Source: a virus. From it: a stretch of DNA of 64,000 bases. The notes under the pieces were generated by a model. That model made no database searches. It was not told the origin of the DNA and worked only from the letters and a program-made list of their open reading frames with translations. Each line of letters begins with the position of its first letter. The stretch's first letter is position 1. Positions 28,117 through 38,900 of this stretch are shown one piece after another. Location: the IMG/VR virus record IMGVR_UViG_3300018080_006015, positions 32,001 through 96,000 of that record. One strand, written 5' to 3'. The translations under genes were made by a program, and so were the position numbers.

Positions 28117-28686
28117 ATGGGTTATAGTAGTTATCCAAATAAAGTAGATGGTTCAATTGAGCTTCCACCAACTGTTGACAATGTTACACCTGTTAAAGGC
28201 GAAGTTGTTAACAGATTAAGAGATGCCATTATTGCTATAGAATCTGAACTTGGTGTGTTGCCTAGTGGGACATATGGTACCGTTAGAGCCAGGTTAGATG
28301 CTATGGAGGCTCTATTAAGCTGGTTAATTAAAAAAGTTACCGGTGGTGGTACGGGTGCAGCTGGTGGAGTTCCAACACATAAAGATAAGGCGCTAAGTCC
28401 GTTTGTCACTGCTGGAGATGGTTCTTGGACCGGATTGTCATTAACAAAGACTCCTGCAAAAGCGACAAACGGAAATGCCTATGTAACCGTTACCATTAAT
28501 GGATTATCAAGTGTTGTTGGTAATGGTGCGATAAATAGAGAGTGTTATTTTTCCGGTGATGGTGGGGCTACGGCAAGAACTTATAAGCAATTACAAGCCG
28601 GAGATCGTTTATATTGGAATGGTATTATTGCTAATATGGAGCTGGATCCTAATGATACAGTAGATTTTCATTATGACGTTGTTTAA
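28117..28686 (+). CDS. Putative virion structural protein
   Basis: YPNKVD..., VNRLRDAIIAIESELG, TVRARLD N-terminus; C-terminal domain paralogous to the N-terminal region of 31346..32905. Confidence 0.6.
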   Translation: MGYSSYPNKVDGSIELPPTVDNVTPVKGEVVNRLRDAIIAIESELGVLPSGTYGTVRARLDAMEALLSWLIKKVTGGGTGAAGGVPTHKDKALSPFVTAGDGSWTGLSLTKTPAKATNGNAYVTVTINGLSSVVGNGAINRECYFSGDGGATARTYKQLQAGDRLYWNGIIANMELDPNDTVDFHYDVV

Positions 28687-28701
28687 TTTAGTAGGGCAAA
28701 T

Positions 28702-31287
28702 ATGAGCGGCAAAGTAAATCTAAAACAACTATTTCAATCTGATGCGGTTGGAGGCGGAATTATCCATTATGATGGTGATAATTGGGCGTCTTTTAATTCA
28801 ATGTGCGTATTTGATCATATTGCCGGCCTCGGGGATGGTTATTGTGATTCAATTGTGTGGATATTTAATGATGATCAACAACCTGTATTAGGTCAGCTTG
28901 GGTCTCTAAGTGGTGATGGTTACGATTTTATTATTCAAGCACAACCAACTACAGCTCCTGGATCACGGGGTGGTCATTTGGTTTTATCTCCTGGTGTTGG
29001 GGATGCATCTAATGGAGAGGTTATTTTTGTAGTTGGAGCAATTGGTGGACCAGCAGCTGTTGATATGGCCGTTTTAGGTCGTGATGTTGATGGTCCATAT
29101 TTTGAATTTACAGAAGATGCTGATGTGTGGCTTGGTCATGGCATAAGAGAATCAGCTGGTAATGGAAGATTATTACATTTTGAAGCGCAAGAGTCTATTT
29201 CAGCTTTTTCACGTGGTGGAGAACTAAGGTTAAGTGGTGGTGTAGGTGAGGCAACCGCAAATTGGCACGGCCCTGTTACAATTTATAGTGGTTCAACTCA
29301 GGCGGCATCTTTTGATTATTATCATGCCGATATAGATGTTAGGGTTGAGATTGAGCCGGCAGGTCTTGTTGCTACTGGAGAAAGTGCGGTAGATGTAGAT
29401 TTAAACATTGCTGATGTTGATGATGTTTTTGCCGTAAGTGCCACATATACTCGTGGGACAACAATAAGTGGAGATAAATTATACGGATGTTACGCGGGTA
29501 CACCTGGTGATTATTCTGCGGCTGGCGGTGATAGCAGAGAGGTGAGAGTTGCTGCCTATACAGCTAAAACGCCATTTAATGCTCAGTCAGCTGCAACAAT
29601 ATCAGCATTTTATATTGTTGGAGATTCTTCTGGTACAAATACTTATGATTATGGATTGTTCTGTCGTGATGAAACTCTTAGAATTGGCACAGAAGCTATT
29701 AATGTAAATAACGGCCCTGATATTGAGATCATAGCGGGAGATGGAGAAGAAAGTGGAATTACTAATGGCGGTGATATTATTTTAATAGCCGGTGATGGTT
29801 ATGGAGGTGGAAATGATGGTGTTGTTTATATTCCTGGAAAGCTGACGGTTGACGGTGCTTTAGATCCTATTTCTGTAATTATTCAAGACAAGGTGGCCGG
29901 TGATAGTGCATATTTACAAAGTTATGATGGTTACGCTGTGTCATTCGTTAATCCCGGTGATAATTTTGGCCGAATAAGATACAATGATTTAACGCAGGAT
30001 TGGGAGTATTCAACGCCAAATACTGCTGGTTGGCTGTCTATAGGTACTGGTGGTGGTGCTGGAGAATGGACACAATCGGCTAATACTTTATATCCAACAA
30101 CTGCCACAGTAGATACGTGGCAATTCCAAGAAGATCCGGCTTTGGGTGGAGTATTAATAACTCAAGAAGACAACACTTTGAGTAGTGGTTCGGGAGAGAC
30201 TTTTACCATTAGGGCTCAGGCGGCTACTGGCGGTGGTGGTCGTGGTGGAACATTAGTGTTACAGCAGAGTGCTGGTGCATTTGTTGATGGCAGTGTAGAT
30301 GTTTGGGATGCGGCTACGCCTACACCAAATGTAATAATGAGATGGCTTGATGATGGCCCGTATTGTCATGTTCCAAAATTTGCATTTTTATCTAGCGTAG
30401 TTAATCCGACCATTATTCATGAAGCGATTGCTACTGCGGGGACCGATTTAACCATTCAGGCACAACCATCCGAAGACAATGCTGGTGGAGCATTAATTCT
30501 TAACGGTGGTGGTGGAAGTGTAGTTTCTGGCTCATTTGATGGCGGAAATGTTGAAATAAATGGTGGTGATGCAAATGGAACTGGTGGTAATGGTGGCGAT
30601 ATTCAGTTAACCCCAGGAGGAGGGGGATCGGCGAGTGGTGATGATGGTGAAGTAATAATGATTTTTGGCTCATCAATTGTAAATACAACCTTTACAACTG
30701 ACGTTACTGGATATGTTGGCAGTATAGGAATTGTATTTTCACAAGCATCTACTAATCCAATAATTACGCAAGATGGGGGTGGTTTAAGCGGCGATCCTGG
30801 AGATCCACTGACAATAAAGGCTCAAACAGGAGCTAGCGATGCACAAGGCGGAGAACTTAGGTTGTTTGGTGGAAATGGCACAACTACATTTGCTGGCGGT
30901 GATGTGGTAGTTCACGGCGGTACTTCTTCACTTGGTTCTGGGGGAGAGGTACAATTACAAAGCGCAGCAGGTGCGAGCAGAATAAGAGTAGATGATAGTC
31001 ATTCATATTTGGATGAAGATCTTGAGGTAACAGATGATTACGATATTTATCCCACCACTGATGGACAAGGTAGTGTTGGAACAAATGCCAATAGGTTTGG
31101 GCTTATACGTGGAGTTACTGTTACTTCTGGTGACCTGGCGTTTGACGATAGAAAATGCCCAGTGTGTAATCAAGAGTTTCAGGTAGATGACGAGTTAGCA
31201 TTAAAGGTTATCTGTGTTGAGGATGATGATGTAGGACACAGAATTACAAAGACCGTACCAATGCATCAAACATGTTGTAAATCATAA
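28702..31287 (+). CDS. Gly-rich modular fibre/adhesin-like protein (861 aa) with C-terminal Zn-finger-like motif
   Basis: GG-x-hydrophobic repeats, one GKLTVDGALDP/GRIRYN module, C-terminal CPVC...MHQTCC. Confidence 0.65.
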   Translation: MSGKVNLKQLFQSDAVGGGIIHYDGDNWASFNSMCVFDHIAGLGDGYCDSIVWIFNDDQQPVLGQLGSLSGDGYDFIIQAQPTTAPGSRGGHLVLSPGVGDASNGEVIFVVGAIGGPAAVDMAVLGRDVDGPYFEFTEDADVWLGHGIRESAGNGRLLHFEAQESISAFSRGGELRLSGGVGEATANWHGPVTIYSGSTQAASFDYYHADIDVRVEIEPAGLVATGESAVDVDLNIADVDDVFAVSATYTRGTTISGDKLYGCYAGTPGDYSAAGGDSREVRVAAYTAKTPFNAQSAATISAFYIVGDSSGTNTYDYGLFCRDETLRIGTEAINVNNGPDIEIIAGDGEESGITNGGDIILIAGDGYGGGNDGVVYIPGKLTVDGALDPISVIIQDKVAGDSAYLQSYDGYAVSFVNPGDNFGRIRYNDLTQDWEYSTPNTAGWLSIGTGGGAGEWTQSANTLYPTTATVDTWQFQEDPALGGVLITQEDNTLSSGSGETFTIRAQAATGGGGRGGTLVLQQSAGAFVDGSVDVWDAATPTPNVIMRWLDDGPYCHVPKFAFLSSVVNPTIIHEAIATAGTDLTIQAQPSEDNAGGALILNGGGGSVVSGSFDGGNVEINGGDANGTGGNGGDIQLTPGGGGSASGDDGEVIMIFGSSIVNTTFTTDVTGYVGSIGIVFSQASTNPIITQDGGGLSGDPGDPLTIKAQTGASDAQGGELRLFGGNGTTTFAGGDVVVHGGTSSLGSGGEVQLQSAAGASRIRVDDSHSYLDEDLEVTDDYDIYPTTDGQGSVGTNANRFGLIRGVTVTSGDLAFDDRKCPVCNQEFQVDDELALKVICVEDDDVGHRITKTVPMHQTCCKS

Positions 31288-31345
31288 ACAACAAAAACAA
31301 CCAACAAAATAGAGAGTCTGACAATAGAAATAACAGGTTAAAATC

Positions 31346-32905
31346 ATGACAAAGGTTGATCTAAAACAATTTGCTCAAAGTGGGGCCGTTGACCAAAACG
31401 TTATTCGGTATAATGCAACTACAGGTTTGTGGGAACCTGGTGTGGCAGCTTTTTCTGGTGGTGGTGGTGCCCCTACAGCAGAAGACAAAAACCTTATACC
31501 ATTTGCTACCGGACCTGGTAATGGACAAGATACCGGAATTGAAATTAGCGAAGAACCAATAGGAGATCGTTATGTTACGGTAATTGTTAATGGTATTTCT
31601 TCTAGTATAGGAGATGGATATACCTCGTTGGACTGTTATTTTTCTATAGATGGTGGTCTTACAGCTTTAAATCTGTCTGCGATCACTACTGGTGCTAGGT
31701 TATATTGGAATAGTACGATTGCTGGGTTTCAGTTGGCTCCCACGGATGTAGTTGATTTAGATTACGATGTGTTAGATGGTTACAGTCCGGGCCCAGGCCC
31801 TAGTGGCGATTGTGGTTGGACAGATGATGGCGCTGTGGTTCGTTTGACAACTATTACTGATTTTGTTGGTGTTGGTACTGTTGCCCCTAATTTGAAGTTT
31901 GATGTTGTTGGTGATATTGGCGTTTCTAGTTCTCTAGTTGTTGGTCCATTAGCCACCGCTGCAACTGTTGGTGAAATTCGATTAAATACTGATAACTGGG
32001 TAATGTCTCGTCAAGGCGTATCAGATGTGGGCGTTGTTGGTTATGATTCTGCAGGAACAATGTCTGTATTAGGTCATAATAATCCTGCCTTAATGCCATC
32101 ATGGACTGCCGCAATATCAACTAATGGGTTTGTTGCTGGAAGTGCCGTTCCATATATGGCGGTTACTCCAAATTGGGCCGGAGTAAATGGTGTTTATATT
32201 AATTTGGACTCTATTCATTTTGAGGAAACAATTACAAATCCAATTATTACGCAGGATGCAACAAATTCAGCTGGGGCTGCGTCATATTTAGAGCTGTCCG
32301 CACAAGATAATTCAAATGCCGCTGGAATAGGTGGAAATTTGTTATTAGAACCAGGTGATGGAACATTAATGAATGGTGGTGTTCATATTGGGTTTAATCA
32401 CAGCACAACAGATGCAGATATTGGCGTTTGTATAGGCAGATACGCCAGTGCAGAAAATTATGGCGAAGTTGCACAGTCTAATGGTGTTTGGTCTTCTGCC
32501 GGTGAGTCTCAGTCATCTAGTCTGGTTTTAAGGAATGCGTCTTCCGGAGCCGTAACTGTAGATTTGTTTTTAGATGGTATGGCAGAATATTTTGTTTTAG
32601 ATACTATTAGTACATATATTTTTGAAATTAAAGTTGTGGGTTCGTCTCCTTCGTTGTGGCCAAATATAGTATCGGCGGCTTATAAGTTTGAACTATGTGG
32701 TCGTAGAGATAATTTTGGAACACAGATTATGGGATTAGTCAGTAAGACAATTATTTATGAAGACGAAGTTGGTTGGGATTGTGATATTGACATAGATGAT
32801 ACCGGCGCTGATGAATTAAATATACAATGTACAGGAATTGCCGGCAGAGATATCTTTTGGACTGCATATGTTAGAGCCACAAAGGTTCAAATTCCACCAA
32901 TCTAA
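31346..32905 (+). CDS. Modular fibre-like structural protein (519 aa)
   Basis: N-terminus KVDLKQFAQSGA shared with 28702; a domain shared with 28117; GWTDDGAVVRLTT shared with 32929; C-terminal beta domain ending WTAYVRATKV. Confidence 0.65.
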   Translation: MTKVDLKQFAQSGAVDQNVIRYNATTGLWEPGVAAFSGGGGAPTAEDKNLIPFATGPGNGQDTGIEISEEPIGDRYVTVIVNGISSSIGDGYTSLDCYFSIDGGLTALNLSAITTGARLYWNSTIAGFQLAPTDVVDLDYDVLDGYSPGPGPSGDCGWTDDGAVVRLTTITDFVGVGTVAPNLKFDVVGDIGVSSSLVVGPLATAATVGEIRLNTDNWVMSRQGVSDVGVVGYDSAGTMSVLGHNNPALMPSWTAAISTNGFVAGSAVPYMAVTPNWAGVNGVYINLDSIHFEETITNPIITQDATNSAGAASYLELSAQDNSNAAGIGGNLLLEPGDGTLMNGGVHIGFNHSTTDADIGVCIGRYASAENYGEVAQSNGVWSSAGESQSSSLVLRNASSGAVTVDLFLDGMAEYFVLDTISTYIFEIKVVGSSPSLWPNIVSAAYKFELCGRRDNFGTQIMGLVSKTIIYEDEVGWDCDIDIDDTGADELNIQCTGIAGRDIFWTAYVRATKVQIPPI

Positions 32906-32928
32906 AGCAACAAACAGTAGGCATATAA

Positions 32929-35900
32929 ATGGCAAATGGTTTTATATACGACAGAAGTATACCTCAGATTGAATTAATTGATGGTTATGACGGAACTACC
33001 CGTGTAATCATAGACGGATCTGAAAACACTAACAGTAAAGTTTATGTTAATGCTATTGCTGGGAATGGTTTGTCCCCCGTTACTATAGATGCCGACTTTG
33101 GTGCTGGTGTTCAAAATCAAGTCGCGGTATATGCTAATGTTTTTAGATCTGGTCCCATTACAGCATCTGGAGCTGGAATTGGCTGTTATTTGGCTCAGAT
33201 AGAAGAACATGCCGCTGATGATGTGCGTTCTATAATTGCTGGTTATTTGGCGTTGGAGCCTAGAAGATCAGCTCCTCATGCCACAGAAAGCGTAGCTGCA
33301 TTTGCTGCTTTCGGTGATTCTGCCTCTGATAATTTGTGGGACAGTACACTAACGATGTACGGTCAAGATTGTATAATTAATGCAACTTCAATGGGTTCGG
33401 GTAGTGGGCCAAATTTTGCAGTGTATACGGGGCAAGGTTATGACGGTTACGGCGGTGGTGATGCTGTATTTACAATGGGTTACGGCGATATTGCTGGCGG
33501 AGCTGGTGGTAGTTTTATAGTTTTTCCTGGATTAGGGCCAACTAGTGGAGAACATGGATCCGCAATCTTTTGGAGTGTAGATGAAGATCAAACGCCAGTA
33601 CGAATTAGAACCACTGTTCCAAATTTTGCTGATTTGACAAGGTGGGAGAATTATGATGGTTATTTATTAGCTGCTGTAACTGGTGACGGTCATTTTCAGA
33701 TGACAGATGGGGCTGTACCAGGATATGTATTGACATCTGATTTTGATGGAGTCGCTTATTGGGCCCCTAGTGACGGTTATGATGGATATGGTTATTGGAC
33801 ATTAGATGGTAATTTTTTATATCCCAACTTTTCTGATTATGACGTTGTAATAGGTGATACTACAACATCTATTCCTGGGGAAAAATTACGAGTAAATGGC
33901 GATACAACAATAGATGGTAGATTGAGGGTCGGGACGGCTACAGATGCTGTTGGTATTGGCGATTTTTCTTCTGGTATGGTTGGTACTACCAGGTTGCATT
34001 ATAATCAGGCAAATGAGAGTTTAAATCTTTATGATAATGCAAATCAGCAAGTCATTCAATTACAAGCATTTACTCCGCTTTCGACATTGCCCTATGTTGC
34101 GGTTGGACTTGGAACTCTTTTTCTTCCGGGACCAATTAATCCAGTAAGCCCAGAAACTGTAAGAATAGACAGTCCACTTTCTGGTTTGCGCATAGAGGAT
34201 AATTTAGGGCCAGCTGGTAGTTATATTGAGTTTGGAGATGGACAACTTGCTGCCCCATCTCAAGCGATTGGGCCTTTGGGACCTGAGGCTAGATTAATAT
34301 ATCATGCTGGTTTTAATTCTTTAGCGGTTTCTTATGCCGGCGCTCCTTATGTTCCAATTGGTGGTGGCGCACCTTCTGGTTGGACGGATGATGGCGTTGT
34401 TGTTAGATTAACTACCATTAATGATGCTGTAGGTATAGGTACGGCCACGCCAGCAGCTGGTATGAAGCTTCACGTTGTTGGTGATACTTATTTAGAGTGT
34501 GATGATTTTTGGGTAGGTACAGACGGTTATGCGCGCATGACCTATTCTAGGCTGCAAGAATCATTAACCCTATTTGACAGTTCTGATCAGGCAACCATAT
34601 TATTAGACGCATTTACTAATGGTGGGTATATAGGAATAGGATCTACAGCGGTTATGGGTCCAAGCGGTTCAGAGCAATTGAATGTTGATGGTGACGCTTA
34701 TATTGGGGGAAAACTAACCGTAATTGGAGAGATCGATCCTGTTTCAGTAACTATTGAGGACAAAGTTACATTTGATTCGGCTTTTTACGAGGCTTATGAT
34801 GGTAGCAATGTATCTCCTGTTTTACTTTCTGAGTCGAGAGGATTACTTAGATACAATAATTACACACAAGATTGGGAAATGTCTACCCCAAATACTGGCG
34901 GATGGGTTAGTTTTGGTGGTGATGGCTATGCCGGTTATTGGGATCTTAAAGACGGATATATTCTTCATCCATTAGATGATGATTTTGATGTTACTATTGG
35001 GACAGATAGCGTAACAGGTACTGGCGAAAAGTTATACGTATATGGTCGTCAAGTAATACGTTGTGACAATCTTCCGTCTGGATCGTCAGAGGCGCTGTAT
35101 GTTGAGGCGGATATTCAGGAATCCTATCAGGCGGTAATTAACGCTAGTATACGCAGGATGACCCCTCTTGATGGTTATTATTTCGTTACCGGCATTACTA
35201 GTCGTGTTAATAATTTAGCTGCGGACAATATTTATTCTGCCTCTGTGGCATTTGCTGCGGCTGAACCGGATGTAGAAAACCCACAAGCGGTACGAGTTGC
35301 TTATGTAGTAGAAGGCAATCAAGATACCGGCAATTTTTATAATGTTGGTCTTGCGGCGGTTGATCAGGATCTAGAAATCGGATCAGTACGAAGAGCGCCT
35401 GGTGATGGCTTTGATGTTAGAATATCTGCCGGCCAAGGAAGTTTTGATGGTTATGGCGGCACTTTACATTTGAGCAGTGGTGGTGGAGAATCTACAGCTC
35501 CTGGTGGTTATGACGGGGCAGATATTGAAATGTACACCGGTAATGGTGCATCTACTGGTCCTTTTGCGGGTGCGGCAGGAAATTTGCTGATAATATTAGG
35601 TAATGCCTCTTCTGATGGTTTTGTTCCAGCAGATGGTGGTAGTTGTAATGTTGAGTTGGGTTCGGCGGCAGGAATAGGTGGAAATCCTGGAAGATTTACA
35701 ATTACTGGAGCTAATGGTCATTTTTCCGGCCCAATGGCTATATTTCAGAATCAAGATGGTTATTCCGCATTAGAAATTGGCGTAGAAGGATGGGCCTCTG
35801 TTGGTGGCGGATTTGGTCTTGCTAATAGGGGTGATTTTGCGGCCGGAATAAGTGGTGAGTCCAGCGTAATTTATTTCCAAACAGATGGTGCGATGCGTTG

Positions 35901-38900
35901 GAATGATAGTGGTGGGCTTAGTACCGTCACTATAAATGGTAACACTTCTTTTGTGGGTATTGGTACAGATGTACCATTCGGATCTGAGTCGTTAAGTGTT
36001 TTGGGTGATGTTCGTATAGACGGTGAATATTTAAGGTTTTCTAAGTATAGCCCTTCACCCAAAATTACAATAGAAAATTACGACCTTGTTGGTGCTGCAA
36101 ATTCGTTAACTATTAGGTCACAAATTGCAGATAGGCTAAATTCTATTGGTGGTGATTTGATTTTGGGCGCCGGAGATGCGTTAAATCTTAATGGTACTGG
36201 CGGTGATTTAACCATAACGCCAGGACGAGGAAGTAACACGGATGGCACCCTTTATTTACGGGATGGGCAAGGACAATACGGATTATTAGTTAGAACTAGT
36301 GGGGCTTATTCTCCAAACGCATTAGTTGACTTTGGAGCCGCTGAGGTTACTTCTAGTGGAAATCCTATATGGAATTTTGGAACATCATTGGCTACATTTG
36401 GCGGTAATGTTCAAATTGATGGAAAACTGACTGTAGATGGTGCGTTAGATCCCATTTCTGTAACCGTAGAAGATAAAGTTGCCGGAACTGGCGCATATTA
36501 TGAGGCTTATGACGGAAGTTTAGCCGGCGTCGTAAATCCTGGAGATGACTTTGGTAGAATTAGATATAATGACAGCACCGGATCGTTTGAGCTGTCTACA
36601 CCAGTAAGTGGCGGTTGGGTTCCCATGACTGGTGGTGGCGGTGGTGGAGGAGACGGTTATTGGTCCTTAGATGGCTACACATTATATCCAGACAGATTTA
36701 ACTATAATGTTATAATTGGTGACAACCTTCCTTCTGGTTATGGTGAGAAACTGGCCGTACATGGACGCCAGACAATTTTTGGTGGCGCCATTGATCAGGC
36801 CGGGTATAGTGCTCTTTATGTTTCTGCTGAGTGCGATGTAATTGCTAGTAGTGTAATTAGAGCGCAAATGGATCGTGTTAATCCGGCGCCACCAGGCCAG
36901 GTGGTTTCTGGAATTTCTTCTCAGCCTCAAACTATTGTAGGAGATAGCGGTCAATCAGGTACATTTGCCTTTTTTGCAGAAACGCCACAACGATATGATT
37001 TGGATGCGCAGTGTGCGGCCTATGTTTTATTTGGTGACGAAAGTTCGGGAGATTATTATGATGCCGCGTTGTTGTCAGTAGATCAGCGAATGGTATTATC
37101 TACTATTAGGGCCGGAAGTCCTGGTGATGGCCCAAATATCTACTTGGCGCCTTGTGATGGTTATGACGGTTATGGCGGAGATGTTATACTACAAGGTGGT
37201 AGTGCCTTTTGTACTACAACTCCGTATTCTGCCGGAGGAATTCAACTACAAGGTGGTGATGCCCGCTCGATTACCGGTAGCCCATTTCCACCCGGTTCAT
37301 CTATAGATGGTGGTGGAGTTCTAATTGAGCTGGGAGAGGGCGCAGAGGGTGGTAGTAATGGTATATTTAATGTTACAACCCCAAGAAATACCACAGATGA
37401 TTTCGTAATATTTAGGGACGGCTATGATCGCCCGGTATTTTCTGTAGATCCATATCTCGTTGATATTCATACAAATGCTAATGTAAAGAACGACTTGTAT
37501 GTGGGTGGAAAATTAACAGTAGTAGGAGAGATTGATCCTATTGCTGTTATTATAGAGAGCCCATTAAATGATGCATATTTGGAGTTTGGCGACGGTCAAA
37601 GTGCTGTTATTTCTACATCTAATACTGGTCGTATTAGGTATAATGATGCTGAACAGAAGTTCCAGATATCAATTAATACTGGGGATTATGAGGATATTGT
37701 TACTACGGCCTATTCCGTATGGACTCGCGATGTAGCAGGATTTGTATATCCTACATCTGTTTATGATCAGGTGGTTATTGGTGGCTCCGATCCTCCAGGT
37801 ACAGAACAGTTAAGAGTTAGTGGTGGTGATTTCTTAATGGAGGGCGATATTGATTTTGGAGTTAATACAATATCTCCAACATTGTCTCAAAGACAAACAT
37901 CTGGGATCGGTACAGATTTAAATATAGTAGCTCAAAGAACTGTTGGTGACGGATATAATGCGGGTTCATTGTGGTTGGTAGGTGGTAATGCCCCGACAAC
38001 TGGTATGGGGTCTTCGGGTGGCAATGTAATTGTTGCTCCGGGAGATGGTGACACAGAGGGGGCGTTTTATTTGAGAAACGCTGCCTTAGACAATATGATT
38101 ATCGCTCTTGATGATAATATTAACTTTACCGTGGTGGGTGGTGGATCTGGTTCTGTTACGGCAACTGGCAATCCTACTTGGAATTTCGGTACATCAGCAG
38201 CTACTTTTGGCGGAGATGTATTTATAGATGATCAGCTTGGTGTTGGAACAATAACGCCAGACGCTAATTCTAAGGTAGAGATAGAGTACACACAAGTTAC
38301 AAATGGTCGTAGTTTGTTGATTGACCAGACGGTTGGCGCTGTTGGCGTAAATTATGGTGTTGATGTATCTTACACACGGACAAATGGCGCCACTCCGGGA
38401 CAAATGATGTCCGCTTATCATACGGTATTAGCTAATGACGCGGCGGACTCAGGAGTTTGGATGGCCGCTTTCCATGCCGATTTACCAGACAAGCTTCCTG
38501 GTAATGGTATGTTTGGTATTGTTATTACTGGAGATGAGGGTGCCACTCAAAATTATGACCAGGCGTTGGTAACAATAAATCAGTCATGTAACATTAGCAC
38601 CGCACAGTTTAGCGCTGGTAGTTCTTATCCTATTAGATTAAATACAGGATATCCAAGTGGTGATGGTAGTTCGGGCTTCTTGGAATTAGAAAGCCTAGAC
38701 GCCGTAGCAACAGCTCCTGGTAGCGCACATGAGGCTGGAATTATTTATCTTATTGTGGGTGATTCGGCAGCTGGCGATGGTGCGGCAATAGCAGGATCTG
38801 ATATCAGGATGTATACTGGAGCTGCAGCCAGTGGTATTGGTGGTGGTGCTGTAGACGGAGGAGATGTTCAATTAGTTACTGGTCCTGGTGATGGATATGG

